A stretch of DNA of 64,000 nucleotides from a virus (taxonomy: Duplodnaviria > Heunggongvirae > Uroviricota > Caudoviricetes). Below, one piece after another: positions 36,111 to 46,149 of this stretch. The position numbers were made by a program, and so were the translations under genes. The stretch is taken from IMG/VR virus record IMGVR_UViG_3300030294_000676; one strand, written 5' to 3'. The notes beneath the pieces are model-generated. The model ran no database searches. It saw nothing but the letters and a program-made list of their open reading frames with translations, and was not told where the DNA came from. Position 1 is the stretch's first letter; every line of letters begins with the position of its first letter.

Positions 36111-36471
36111 TTTTCCAATCTTTAAATAGTTCTTGTGGCGTTTTTTCATCATTAAGGTGATCCATGTAATATTCAATGAATTTAAACATGATATCAGTAG
36201 TAATTATAACATTTTTAGTTGAAACATTAAAAATATCATATTTTTCAATAAATTCATCATAAGTAATTTCTTTATGCTCATGATCATCAAAATGTACATT
36301 AGTATTTCCAAAACCAGTCATTTGTTTTGAATGATATCTATAACAAATTCCTTCATAATAAAATGAAGATAAAAATTTCTCTAATAAACCCATACTACTT
36401 AATATTCTCTGAACAGTTTTTATTTGATCAGGATTACTAACTTTCATCTTAAAATTTTCTACTATTTCCAT
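36103..36471 (-). CDS. paralog family B member 5 (122 aa)
   Basis: MEIVENFKMKV...VQRIL ... MDHLNDEKTPQELF. Confidence 0.6.
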   Translation of the reverse strand: MEIVENFKMKVSNPDQIKTVQRILSSMGLLEKFLSSFYYEGICYRYHSKQMTGFGNTNVHFDDHEHKEITYDEFIEKYDIFNVSTKNVIITTDIMFKFIEYYMDHLNDEKTPQELFKDWKND

Positions 36472-36486
36472 TTAATTTCAATTTAA

Positions 36487-36893
<407 letters not shown>

Positions 36894-36914
36894 GAGTATT
36901 TTAAAAAGAACAAC

Positions 36915-37187
36915 CTATCGGTTGTTCTCTCTATGTGCTAATTCTAATTCAAAAAAATCTTGAAGACTTTTATCACATTTAATATCACCACGTTGCATTG
37001 CTGCAATAATGTTACTAACGTGTTTATCGTCTAAATCAGGAACTTTAACTTTTTTACCAGCTTTAGTTATCCAATTCATACGATCTCTATCTTCTAGACT
37101 ATAAGGTCCAACAGTACTAGCTGTTGCTACACCTTCGAGTAATATAATTTCTTTACTCATGTTCTTTGGATATGGTAATAGTTTCAA
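36915..37187 (-). CDS. hypothetical protein (90 aa)
   Basis: ORF track. Confidence 0.5.
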   Translation of the reverse strand: MKLLPYPKNMSKEIILLEGVATASTVGPYSLEDRDRMNWITKAGKKVKVPDLDDKHVSNIIAAMQRGDIKCDKSLQDFFELELAHRENNR

Positions 37188-37440
37188 TAGGTTTCTCTTT
37201 ATTTACTTGTTTTACAAGTTCAATAGTATCATCGGAACCTTTTTTGTAACCTTCTTTATATCCTTTAAGATTCTCATTAACACCTAAAATAGCTAGTGCA
37301 ATAGAAAGTACTATCCATCCGATTACATTTAACCAGTTTGGTGCAGAAACACTAAAAGGTTTAAATGATATTTTTAATTCAGACATTAATACTAATGCTG
37401 CAACTGCTAAAATAATTGTAATAATTGTTCCCATTTTCAT
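37153..37440 (-). CDS. membrane protein (95 aa)
   Basis: Two transmembrane helices. Confidence 0.5.
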   Translation of the reverse strand: MKMGTIITIILAVAALVLMSELKISFKPFSVSAPNWLNVIGWIVLSIALAILGVNENLKGYKEGYKKGSDDTIELVKQVNKEKPIETITISKEHE

Positions 37441-37441
37441 T

Positions 37442-37759
37442 TTAATGAAGTTTTAATTTAAGTGTATCCTTTTGTAATTTTAACGTCTTGATTAATTCTT
37501 TATGACGTTGAATATTATCCCAAAGATCTTGGGATTCTCCATCACCCCAATAATACTGACGTTTAATTTTACATATGTATATTTTTGCTTTAACGTATTT
37601 TTTCAACAATTCACAATAATCACAGTCGCAAAATTCATTGTGAGCATCTATCATTTTCAGATAGACGCCCACAATTATTTCTTGTGACGATTTTTTAACG
37701 ATAGCATCTACTTTTCGTTGTAAAGTCGCCAGTTTCATACTACTTTGATGCTTCCGCAA
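37442..37759 (-). CDS. hypothetical protein (105 aa)
   Basis: ORF track. Confidence 0.5.
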   Translation of the reverse strand: MRKHQSSMKLATLQRKVDAIVKKSSQEIIVGVYLKMIDAHNEFCDCDYCELLKKYVKAKIYICKIKRQYYWGDGESQDLWDNIQRHKELIKTLKLQKDTLKLKLH

Positions 37760-38084
37760 GTTTGTTGTACGAGTCAGCTGTGTTAGCTGCTAAAGCAATT
37801 TCAATAGCTTTAGTAAGTTTTTCCAAACTTTCTTTAGCTTTTTTGATTTCTTTATAACGAGCTTCTGACATTTTAGTCTTTGGCTCGCCATCAACATATT
37901 CAGTAATATCATCATAATTGATTTTACTTAATGCGGCTTTAGCAGCATCTTGTTTTTCAATTGATTTAAACAAAATATCAACACGTTTGTTAATTTCAGT
38001 ATTAGCCATTTTGTCTATTACTGCGGCTGAGATAGTATCGTTACTTCCAGCAATTTTTTCTGCTACTTTTTCTTGAATAGTCAT
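37740..38084 (-). CDS. hypothetical coiled-coil protein (about 115 aa; start moved to the internal Met)
   Basis: The ORF-track start at 38216 overlaps the AAA gene by 113 nt. MTIQEKVAEK... at 38082-38084 avoids it. Confidence 0.5.
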   Translation of the reverse strand: MTIQEKVAEKIAGSNDTISAAVIDKMANTEINKRVDILFKSIEKQDAAKAALSKINYDDITEYVDGEPKTKMSEARYKEIKKAKESLEKLTKAIEIALAANTADSYNKLAEASK

Positions 38085-38103
38085 CTTTTTTTGTTTTGAT
38101 TTT

Positions 38104-39123
38104 TTAGAATGATAATGCGTAAGAACTTTTTGAAAGTTTAATTTCAACACCTTCAGCATATTTACAAACAACCACACCATCAATAATAGAATATGGTCGT
38201 TCGAATAATTTAACACTGGTATAATCCGGCAATAATTTTGTCAATTCTTTTGGATAACCAGATTGATAATATGCAATAATTACAGGGTTCTTACGATAAT
38301 TTACAAATTGACCATCACATTTATAATCAGTTCCTTTATAAGTAACTGTAATATTGAAATATTCAGGTTCAGCGGTCAAGTTAAGGAACTTGGCGCATTC
38401 AAGAGCAGATTCATCAAATAAATTTACTTCCCGGATAATAGATGTAAGTACATCCATTGTCAACATATCAACAGTTTCAACAAATTTGTCAACTGAATCA
38501 CGATATGCAGGTTTTTTAAGTAAATCATCAACAATTTCAGCAACTGTAGCGGCATCAAGTTTACTGTAAATTTTGTGATATTTAACACGATTCAAACGAT
38601 TTTTCAATTTGTTATTAATTGAAGAAGGATCGTTTGCAGTTAATAAGAAAATCAATTTAGTATGATACATACCATCCATTAATGTCAATAATGAATTTGA
38701 TTCTTCATCACGACGATATACTTTCTCAAATTCATCAATAAAGATAATAGAATCAGAAAAGTGTGGATCAGAAATGAATGCTTCAAAACCGGGACCATTG
38801 TATGCTTCAGTGATAAAAATAACAGGTTTGTTCATTCTTTGACAGAATAACTGAGCAGCTACTGTTTTACCTGTTCCTTTTGTACCAGATAATAAAATAC
38901 CAAGATTTTTAGCACTATTGTGTTCGTAAGATTTAATCCAACGATCAATAAAGTTGAAATCACCATAAAGTTTTGAAGGTAATTTAAAATCAATTTGTTG
39001 AGTAAGGAAAAATTGTTCATTACTTTCATTAAATTGTAAGGCATAATTACCAACGGGTAATTTATCGTGAGAACCAGTAATATTGCCTATAGTATAGACT
39101 TTATTATTTTGAATAATTGGCAT
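38104..39123 (-). CDS. AAA-family ATPase
   Basis: Walker A GTKGTGKT and Walker B IIFIDEFE. Confidence 0.7.
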   Translation of the reverse strand: MPIIQNNKVYTIGNITGSHDKLPVGNYALQFNESNEQFFLTQQIDFKLPSKLYGDFNFIDRWIKSYEHNSAKNLGILLSGTKGTGKTVAAQLFCQRMNKPVIFITEAYNGPGFEAFISDPHFSDSIIFIDEFEKVYRRDEESNSLLTLMDGMYHTKLIFLLTANDPSSINNKLKNRLNRVKYHKIYSKLDAATVAEIVDDLLKKPAYRDSVDKFVETVDMLTMDVLTSIIREVNLFDESALECAKFLNLTAEPEYFNITVTYKGTDYKCDGQFVNYRKNPVIIAYYQSGYPKELTKLLPDYTSVKLFERPYSIIDGVVVCKYAEGVEIKLSKSSYALSF

Positions 39124-39149
39124 ATCTAATATTTTATTTGTTTTTGTTT

Positions 39150-39195
39150 TTGATTTAAAAAAGATCCGCTCTCACACATAGGAGAGCAGATCTTT
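39150..39195 (-). terminator. intrinsic terminator
   Basis: 12-bp hairpin agatccgctctc / gagagcagatct (39162..39193) after the stop of 39215..40090, followed on the minus strand by UUUUUUAAAUCA. Confidence 0.55.
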
Positions 39196-39214
39196 ACAAT
39201 TTTTCAATTTATTA

Positions 39215-40090
39215 TTACTTCATTTGCATCATGAAGCTATTACCGGCAGCACCAGTAACATAAGTAGGAACGTGTGAACCACCTTCTTGCCATGCTTCAA
39301 TCCAACGCATTTGAACCAACAACGGAGTTAAAGTAGAATTCTTAAGTTTATTAGCTTCAGCTTCTGCACGTGCATTAGTAAGCATAGCTTCAGCATCACC
39401 TTGTGCTTTAGCTACTTTAATTTTAGCTTCTGCTTCGGCTTTAACAACCTCATTTTGCGCACGTTGCGCATCTTGTGTCATCTGAACTTTAGAATTCAAC
39501 GCATCTTTAATAGATTGAGGTATACGTACTGATCCAATTAAAGATAGACGATCTACTACAATTCCATTAGGAGCGAGTTGAGCTTTAACAAGTTTTGATA
39601 CTGTGTCAATTAGTAAACCTTTACCGTTACCATAAACAGATTCAACCGGCATATTACCAGCTACTCTATTCAAAGCATCACGAATGGCATTACGAACTAC
39701 AGTACCACGAATTTCTTCTACGCCTTTACGATAAGTTGTATACATTTTCGGCAATTTATCCATATCAAAGTGCATAGCAAGACCTAAATCTACTCCACAT
39801 TCCATACCTTCTTTGGTTTGAAATGTAAATTCTTCATTAGTGTCAGAGCCTTCAGATTTGTCATGAGTAAATGTCCAGTTTACTTGGAAAGTAGGAAAAT
39901 CGAAATAATCCTGACCAAAACCAGAGTAATAAGTACCGGGGCCTACTGGAACTGGTTGAACACCTTTGTCTGAACCATAACGTTCATTAATTACAGAGGC
40001 ATAACCCGGATCAGTTGTGTGCATACAAGAAGTTAAAGACATTGAGAGAACAGCAATTACGCAAATTGCTAAAAACTTGAAGTTTTTCAT
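39215..40090 (-). CDS. SPFH/band-7 (prohibitin/HflK-like) lipoprotein
   Basis: Lipobox signal peptide ...LSMSLTSC. Central region resembles the SPFH domain. Ala/Glu-rich coiled-coil AEAEAKIKVAKAQGDAEAMLTNARAEAEA typical of HflKC/stomatin. Confidence 0.65.
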   Translation of the reverse strand: MKNFKFLAICVIAVLSMSLTSCMHTTDPGYASVINERYGSDKGVQPVPVGPGTYYSGFGQDYFDFPTFQVNWTFTHDKSEGSDTNEEFTFQTKEGMECGVDLGLAMHFDMDKLPKMYTTYRKGVEEIRGTVVRNAIRDALNRVAGNMPVESVYGNGKGLLIDTVSKLVKAQLAPNGIVVDRLSLIGSVRIPQSIKDALNSKVQMTQDAQRAQNEVVKAEAEAKIKVAKAQGDAEAMLTNARAEAEANKLKNSTLTPLLVQMRWIEAWQEGGSHVPTYVTGAAGNSFMMQMK

Positions 40091-40101
40091 TTTTTGTTGT
40101 T

Positions 40102-40314
40102 TTAATTAAGAAATTGTTTAGAGAATTTTTGAATTGTTCTGATAATAGAATATAGCCAAAAAAACATTACTGCGATTGTGCCGATAAAACCGACAGCTAC
40201 CAAAGTATTGCTTGGATAACTCACAAGAAAAGGTGCGACAATGCCGAACCACGCAAATAAAATAAGGAGATACCCTATAATTTTTGCTACGAAAATAAAA
40301 ATTAATTTTACCAT
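40102..40314 (-). CDS. small membrane protein (70 aa)
   Basis: Two transmembrane helices. Confidence 0.5.
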   Translation of the reverse strand: MVKLIFIFVAKIIGYLLILFAWFGIVAPFLVSYPSNTLVAVGFIGTIAVMFFWLYSIIRTIQKFSKQFLN

Positions 40315-40574
40315 TTTTTGTTTAAAAATTTAAGGATTCGACCTGGCTTGTAATAGATTTCTTCATCAAGTAATAACCTTATCAGCATATACATGAAAAA
40401 ACATACTCCAAGAGTATTTATAATAGGAATAAATGTAATCACCATTCCTAATGCATAAAATCCTATTGTACCTTGAACTTTTTCAAGATAATTAGGATCT
40501 TCATAAAGTTTTACTTTTACGATATACATTATATATATCATTAAAAGAATTGAAATAAAATAAATTAACCACAT
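40308..40574 (-). CDS. membrane protein (about 88 aa; start moved to an internal Met)
   Basis: ORF 40308..40646 overlaps 40585..40860. An internal Met removes the overlap. Confidence 0.45.
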   Translation of the reverse strand: MWLIYFISILLMIYIMYIVKVKLYEDPNYLEKVQGTIGFYALGMVITFIPIINTLGVCFFMYMLIRLLLDEEIYYKPGRILKFLNKKW

Positions 40575-40584
40575 ATAATTAAAT

Positions 40585-40860
40585 TTAGTTTGAATTTGAA
40601 GTTCCGTTTGGATTAATAAGATCGTCCATACGTTTAAGATCATCAATCTTTTTAGTCATTAATACAGCAGTTTCTGGATTAGGTGCAATGTTTTTAGCCA
40701 TGACTAATGAACATACTACTTCTAATCTTTTATAAGCTTGTGCTTTATCGGTTGCTGTTTTATACCCATTTAGAGCACCATCAAGCAATTCAATAATTTT
40801 TTCTACAGACATAGTTGATGCTACCATCAATATTGTCTTTCCGTTATCGTTATTCGTCAT
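40585..40860 (-). CDS. hypothetical protein (91 aa)
   Basis: ORF track. Confidence 0.5.
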   Translation of the reverse strand: MTNNDNGKTILMVASTMSVEKIIELLDGALNGYKTATDKAQAYKRLEVVCSLVMAKNIAPNPETAVLMTKKIDDLKRMDDLINPNGTSNSN

Positions 40861-41197
40861 CTTTTTCTTTAATTACTTTATAAATTTCTTTTAATACTTT
40901 CTGTAATTCAATTAATTGTTTTTTAGAACTAACTACTAAGTATGCTAATTCTCTTTTGTTAAAGATAGATTCAATCAACTCTGTTTCTTCTGACAATGTT
41001 GAACAATCTATATCTTTTAATTTTGCAAACTTATCAGGTGATGGTTTTTCAACTCCACACCCTCTCAATGAACTATCTTCTTCATGATTATAAGGCTTGC
41101 TGTTTGCAATAAAATTTTCTAATGCTGTAATTAAATCATTATCAGTTGCTGATTGATTATCTAAAATTACATCAATTAATTTAATTCTGTTTAACAC
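40850..41197 (-). CDS. paralog family C member (115 aa)
   Basis: IESIFNKRELAYLVVSSKKQ matches IEKTLTKRELALCIAKEHC (44807..45274) and IEKTMTKRETAYALVCSIAQ (45701..46063). Confidence 0.55.
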   Translation of the reverse strand: MLNRIKLIDVILDNQSATDNDLITALENFIANSKPYNHEEDSSLRGCGVEKPSPDKFAKLKDIDCSTLSEETELIESIFNKRELAYLVVSSKKQLIELQKVLKEIYKVIKEKDDE

Positions 41198-41300
41198 GTA
41201 TTACGCTCTTTAATATTTTTTTCATCTTTATCTATGTGTTTTTTAATTATTTTTGTTCCGCACCGTATTTCTACGGATTGGAATCAAAAACAAAATGAAA

Positions 41301-41362
41301 TGGAGGGATAGAGAGATTCAAACTCCCGACCCTAGGCTCTTTTCGGCTGAGCTATATCCCTC
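41301..41362 (-). ncRNA. 62-nt tRNA-like minihelix (acceptor, one hairpin, T-arm; no separate anticodon arm)
   Basis: GAGGGAT-ATA-GCTC-AGCCGAAAA-GAGC-CTAGGGTC-GGGAG-TTTGAAT-CTCTC-T-ATCCCTC-CA. Perfect 7-bp acceptor and encoded CCA. Confidence 0.4.
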
Positions 41363-41678
41363 TTTTTAATTGATTCACTAATGCATCAAAAGCACTAATA
41401 CGTGGTTTAGCATTATGTACATCCCACCAATAAGTGATAGTTATTAACTGACACTTAGGTTCTTCGAAATTATACTGTGATGCTAATTTACACACGTTTT
41501 CATAAGTAAATGTTGGAAGAAAATCATCTATCTCAAAAATTGAGGATTTATAACCCTTATCTTTAAGAGTGATATTCAAACTCCAACACATACTACAGAA
41601 ATTCAAAGCATTCTGATAGATTAAATACCTAGCTTTAGCTTCTTCAAATATTGCTATTTGATCATTTACGGGAATCAT
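41352..41678 (-). CDS. hypothetical protein (108 aa)
   Basis: ORF track. Confidence 0.55.
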   Translation of the reverse strand: MIPVNDQIAIFEEAKARYLIYQNALNFCSMCWSLNITLKDKGYKSSIFEIDDFLPTFTYENVCKLASQYNFEEPKCQLITITYWWDVHNAKPRISAFDALVNQLKRGI

Positions 41679-42009
41679 TCTTTTTTGGTTTAACGAGTTC
41701 TTTGTTTAAAAACTTACCAATAGGAGTAAATATAGTCGGTTTATCAAATTTACCAAATACTTCACTCCAACCTTCTAATGATATTTGTACAGCCAACCAA
41801 ATTAATGAAACGAATATACAAGCAACATTGGCAAAAGGTATAATTGATATGCTTACAATTAACATTAATGTCCAAACTTTTAAACCTATAGGTTTAAATT
41901 CATCTGGACTATAATAATCAAAATCATCTGCAACTTTGGGTACTCTTACGTACCAAATAAAATAAATAAGTGCGATAAACGGAAATCCAAATAACATAAA
42001 TACTCCCAT
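41662..42009 (-). CDS. membrane protein (115 aa)
   Basis: Three hydrophobic helices. Confidence 0.5.
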   Translation of the reverse strand: MGVFMLFGFPFIALIYFIWYVRVPKVADDFDYYSPDEFKPIGLKVWTLMLIVSISIIPFANVACIFVSLIWLAVQISLEGWSEVFGKFDKPTIFTPIGKFLNKELVKPKKNDSRK

Positions 42010-42022
42010 AACTTTTTAAATT

Positions 42023-42448
42023 TTAAAAACGTTCTTTTTTACGCACATTAAAACGTTCACCATCAGTAGACGCTAACGTGTGTTGAGCTTCTGCAGCAGT
42101 GTTATCTGATGCATCACCTTCACTACTGTCGTCATAAGGATCTCCCCCATTCAGACCTTCTAATTGTTCACGCGCTTCTTGAATTTTCCTCAAGAATTCT
42201 GACATATCGCCAACTCCACCTTTACCTGTACCTTCACCTTCTCCATCACCTTGTCCGTCTCCTTCCTCAGGTAAATGAATATAGTCTCTTGTAATTGTAA
42301 TTTTACGGGGGATAATAGCAATAACTTCTTCTACTTGTTCTTCAACAACATCTTCACTTTCAGATAAAGCAATTCCATCATCTTGAACTATGACAGCAGG
42401 AAACGTATCAAACGTTTCAACTGCGTCATATACAACTTCTTCTTCCAT
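42023..42448 (-). CDS. acidic hypothetical protein (141 aa)
   Basis: ORF track. D/E-rich. Confidence 0.55.
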   Translation of the reverse strand: MEEEVVYDAVETFDTFPAVIVQDDGIALSESEDVVEEQVEEVIAIIPRKITITRDYIHLPEEGDGQGDGEGEGTGKGGVGDMSEFLRKIQEAREQLEGLNGGDPYDDSSEGDASDNTAAEAQHTLASTDGERFNVRKKERF

Positions 42449-42460
42449 AATTTTTACTTG

Positions 42461-43285
42461 TTAACGGAGCATGCCGATTTTTAATATTTTACTTACTAAA
42501 GGTGATCCTTCTTGATGTCCAGCTTGATCTAACAAGATATTTCCACCAATAACATCATACATAGTACCTAAATCTCTGATAATTCTACTTTGATCTAGGA
42601 ATGTTCCAATACGTCTTTGATCTCCAGATGCCGAATATCCATTGAATAATGTCATTCTGAAGAATTCTCTATGAGATGCTGCTAAGATCTCCCGAAAGTT
42701 TAATTTTTCAGAAGATTTAGCAACATTTACCATAACGTAAGAAGCTTTGTTACCAATTGCTTGTGTATCTGAATCAAACATATCAATGTTAACACTTATG
42801 TTCATTGCTTGACACATAAGAATGGTTTTCAAAATCTTAGTAAACGAACCACTATAGTTACCTCCAACGAAGGTACCTACTTGGAATGCCATATTAAGAG
42901 TTTGTTTTTTAGCTCCAGGCATAGATTTCTTAAAAATCTTATCACAATTAGAAGCATAATGAGACATTGACAAATTACCACTAAATTTATTTAAGTCGAA
43001 CTTACGTTTCTGACTCTTACCTTTATAAACAAGTTCAAGAAATTCCTTGTCAATAGACAATTCTTTCTGAGCCTTATTTACAAGAGCTATTTTACTTTTA
43101 GTAAATGTCGCACGTTCTTCAAAATATCTCCTTGCCGATTCTGGTTCTTCTCTGACTGTACTCATACCTAAACCTCTAGGGTTTGTAGTAATATCGTCAA
43201 ATTCAAAGATAGCTTGTAAAGATTCAAATCTTACAAAGTTAGCTCCAGATGGAAGTACTTTTGATACAAACTTTGGCGTACTCAT
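42461..43285 (-). CDS. hypothetical protein (274 aa), adjacent partner of the MoxR-like ATPase
   Basis: ORF track. No clear MIDAS/VWA motif seen. Confidence 0.55.
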   Translation of the reverse strand: MSTPKFVSKVLPSGANFVRFESLQAIFEFDDITTNPRGLGMSTVREEPESARRYFEERATFTKSKIALVNKAQKELSIDKEFLELVYKGKSQKRKFDLNKFSGNLSMSHYASNCDKIFKKSMPGAKKQTLNMAFQVGTFVGGNYSGSFTKILKTILMCQAMNISVNIDMFDSDTQAIGNKASYVMVNVAKSSEKLNFREILAASHREFFRMTLFNGYSASGDQRRIGTFLDQSRIIRDLGTMYDVIGGNILLDQAGHQEGSPLVSKILKIGMLR

Positions 43286-44541
43286 TATGCTACAACTTGC
43301 ATTTCACGGTTAACAGCTTTTGCACCTTCTTCATCCATATCTTCCAATACCATCTTCAAAATAGTTTGAGTTGTTACACCCGCTCTAATTAAGTTAGACA
43401 TATCTTCAATATTTCTGGTAGATAAATAACTACCGGTCTTTTCTAATGATGCTCTCAATTTAGTTGCGAAATTATGATGAGGTCCCATTAATTCTTTTTC
43501 AAGACTTAAGTGATACCCAACATGATGACGACAAAAACGGAACCTGTCCATTAATGCTAAATCTTGAAAGTCACGACCAGAATACTCGATAGACCCTTTA
43601 CCCCAGGTATTACCACACATTACAAGATGGAAGTCTTTGTGTTTCTGTGCAATAGGTTTGTCATCGCGGTGAGGAATAGAAATAAACTTTGATGAATCTG
43701 CGATACCATTAAAGAATAAGGCCATATCACCTGACATTGCATCATACTCATCCACCAAGAAAATACCTCCATTTTCATAAGCTTTCAAGAACGTAGTTTC
43801 CAAATATGTTTCAGATCTTGGTTGTTTATAACCAATCAAATCATGCACAGATGAATCTCTCGAACAAGAATACTTGTAAAAATCTAAGCCCATTCTATCG
43901 GATAAAGATGCAATCATATAAGTTTTACCAGTACCTGCAGGACCAACTAACATAGCTTTGTGGTGTAGGTTAAGTGACTTAACTACATCAGCTAATACAG
44001 GGTGATCTGAATGCTGGATACTAACATCAACCATACCAGGCATAGTAATAGTGGTGTGACCACGTCTTACTTCAGCAAGTAAACTTGTTCTGATATCACG
44101 GAAAATAAGATCTACTTGATTCTTATATTCCTTTACTCGTTGTTCAGTGACTGTGTTTAAGTTAGTTGTTAACTCAACATATTTTTGGTCCGTTTCATCC
44201 AAACGTTCCGCAAACATTTCATCAATCTCTTTAGACAAGCGTTGTAAATCAAATTCAGGAACAGGGATAGATTCAATAGGACCTCTCACAGGTATATTCT
44301 GCCGTGCAGGTGGTCTTGATGAAACTTCTTCACCAACATAATACTTAGGTGTGATGGTCCAAGAGTCAAATCTAAAAGATTGTCCTTGTTCACAAGACGT
44401 AATAAACGCACCATCAATGGTTTTACCCAATAAATAGTTCATTTTCTTTTGTCCATTCCATCCCACGGGAGTACCAGTTGTTGTTGCCCACAATCCTTCT
44501 CTCGTAAATTCTTCCTCTGTTTTAAATCTCCACTTTTTCAT
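43285..44541 (-). CDS. MoxR/AAA_5-like ATPase
   Basis: Walker A LVGPAGTGKTYM and Walker B GIFLVDEYDAMS. 418 aa. Confidence 0.7.
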   Translation of the reverse strand: MKKWRFKTEEEFTREGLWATTTGTPVGWNGQKKMNYLLGKTIDGAFITSCEQGQSFRFDSWTITPKYYVGEEVSSRPPARQNIPVRGPIESIPVPEFDLQRLSKEIDEMFAERLDETDQKYVELTTNLNTVTEQRVKEYKNQVDLIFRDIRTSLLAEVRRGHTTITMPGMVDVSIQHSDHPVLADVVKSLNLHHKAMLVGPAGTGKTYMIASLSDRMGLDFYKYSCSRDSSVHDLIGYKQPRSETYLETTFLKAYENGGIFLVDEYDAMSGDMALFFNGIADSSKFISIPHRDDKPIAQKHKDFHLVMCGNTWGKGSIEYSGRDFQDLALMDRFRFCRHHVGYHLSLEKELMGPHHNFATKLRASLEKTGSYLSTRNIEDMSNLIRAGVTTQTILKMVLEDMDEEGAKAVNREMQVVA

Positions 44542-44592
44542 TAATCTTCTTTCTTTTATTTATAATCATTATTTTTTCTGTTCATGTGATAA

Positions 44593-44805
44593 TCAGTCAC
44601 ATGTAATATTTGATGGGGGCATAAACCACCCTTTATACCTAAATCCTCCGAAACGTATATCATACTCAATAGTATCATCAATAAGTTGTCCTATTAATGG
44701 ATTCATAAGTTTTCTAATGTTCCAGTGTAAGGGAGTTTCATATTCATAGTTCCATAAACAATCTCGTATGAATTCCTCTTTAGTTTTAATTCTTATTATA
44801 CTCAT
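44593..44805 (-). CDS. hypothetical protein (70 aa)
   Basis: ORF track. Confidence 0.45.
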   Translation of the reverse strand: MSIIRIKTKEEFIRDCLWNYEYETPLHWNIRKLMNPLIGQLIDDTIEYDIRFGGFRYKGWFMPPSNITCD

Positions 44806-44806
44806 T

Positions 44807-45274
44807 TTAATTCAAATTGAAACCTTTAAATTTTGTACAAGTTGGTTTCTTTCTGCATTTCCAGCATTCAGAATCATCTTCTTCTTTACAGTCAGATGAA
44901 GAATTACGCGGTGTTCCAAACATTTTATCTTTACCTTCTCTTGAATTCATGATTTCAGATAAAAGTTGTTTTAGTTCTTCAGGCATATCATCTTCGTCAA
45001 CTACAACTTTACAGTGTTCTTTTGCGATACAAAGTGCAAGTTCACGTTTGGTAAGAGTTTTTTCAATTTCTTCAATTGCATGTGTAATAGAACCTCTTGT
45101 TTCTAATTTAAGAATAATAGGTTCGTGTAATCCACATGACTCAAATCCAGGTTTATCACTATTGTGATCAAAAGGTCTAACTTTAGCTAATTCAGCTTCA
45201 ATAGCCACAACTAGATCTTTACCTTCTAAACTTGAATTACATAGTTCGATAATTTTTTGTTTTTCTTTTGACAT
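44807..45274 (-). CDS. paralog family C member (155 aa) with a Cys-rich C-terminus
   Basis: ...IEEIEKTLTKRELALCIAKEHC...CWKCRKKPTC. Confidence 0.55.
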   Translation of the reverse strand: MSKEKQKIIELCNSSLEGKDLVVAIEAELAKVRPFDHNSDKPGFESCGLHEPIILKLETRGSITHAIEEIEKTLTKRELALCIAKEHCKVVVDEDDMPEELKQLLSEIMNSREGKDKMFGTPRNSSSDCKEEDDSECWKCRKKPTCTKFKGFNLN

Positions 45275-45639
45275 TATAATAATGTTTTAAGTTTATTATT
45301 TGGTGTGAAATCATATTTGTCTAATTCAACAATCATATCTTTAAGTATTTCAGAAGTTAAAGGTTCAGAACCAATAACTTCTACAATACCTGCTTCTGCA
45401 GTATCAAACATAATATGCAGTTTTATTTTTAATTGTTGACTATGAACATACTTAGCAATCATATTGTTTTTCTTAGTATATCCACAGAAATATAAACTTC
45501 CCATTATGATATAAAACGAACAACAGTTTTGGACACTTGTAAAACAAAAACAGCACCAAAGAAAGCAACCAATAAGATTGGATATTTTTCTGGATGACAT
45601 GCTGCAAATACAGTAATTAAGCCCATTAATAATGACCAA
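45274..45639 (-). CDS. hypothetical protein (121 aa)
   Basis: ORF track. Confidence 0.5.
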   Translation of the reverse strand: MVIINGLNYCICSMSSRKISNLIGCFLWCCFCFTSVQNCCSFYIIMGSLYFCGYTKKNNMIAKYVHSQQLKIKLHIMFDTAEAGIVEVIGSEPLTSEILKDMIVELDKYDFTPNNKLKTLL

Positions 45640-45700
45640 AATACTTCGATAATTTTAATTTTTGTTGTTGACATTTGTTTTATATTTAAAAAGTTAAATA

Positions 45701-46063
45701 CTATTCATCTCTAAAATCTTCACCATCTTCTTGTTGTGATTTCATAATCATTTTAACAAGTGGATGTTGTGATATTTTTGTTATTTGTGCAATTGAACAA
45801 ACTAATGCATACGCAGTTTCACGTTTGGTCATTGTTTTTTCAATTTGTTCAACGGCAACTGAAAGTTTACCGGCAAATTCACCTTGTGGTAAAACATTAC
45901 GTAAATCACGAATACCTAATGCTTCTTCTGATTTTCGTTCTTCATGTTTAATTGGGTGAAGTTTTGTTAATTCTTTTTCAACTAATAATGTGAATTCATC
46001 AATTGGGGTTTCACATTCATGGGCTAATTTAATAACCTCTACTAAATTTGTTACATCATACAT
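45701..46063 (-). CDS. paralog family C member (120 aa)
   Basis: ...VEQIEKTMTKRETAYALVCSIAQ... Confidence 0.55.
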   Translation of the reverse strand: MYDVTNLVEVIKLAHECETPIDEFTLLVEKELTKLHPIKHEERKSEEALGIRDLRNVLPQGEFAGKLSVAVEQIEKTMTKRETAYALVCSIAQITKISQHPLVKMIMKSQQEDGEDFRDE

Positions 46064-46149
46064 TTCTTTTTATCATTTTGTGTTTAACCTACACGAATTG
46101 TGTAACGCACTAAGCTTAATAACTTTATACTCCCTTAGTGGAGTTAAAA

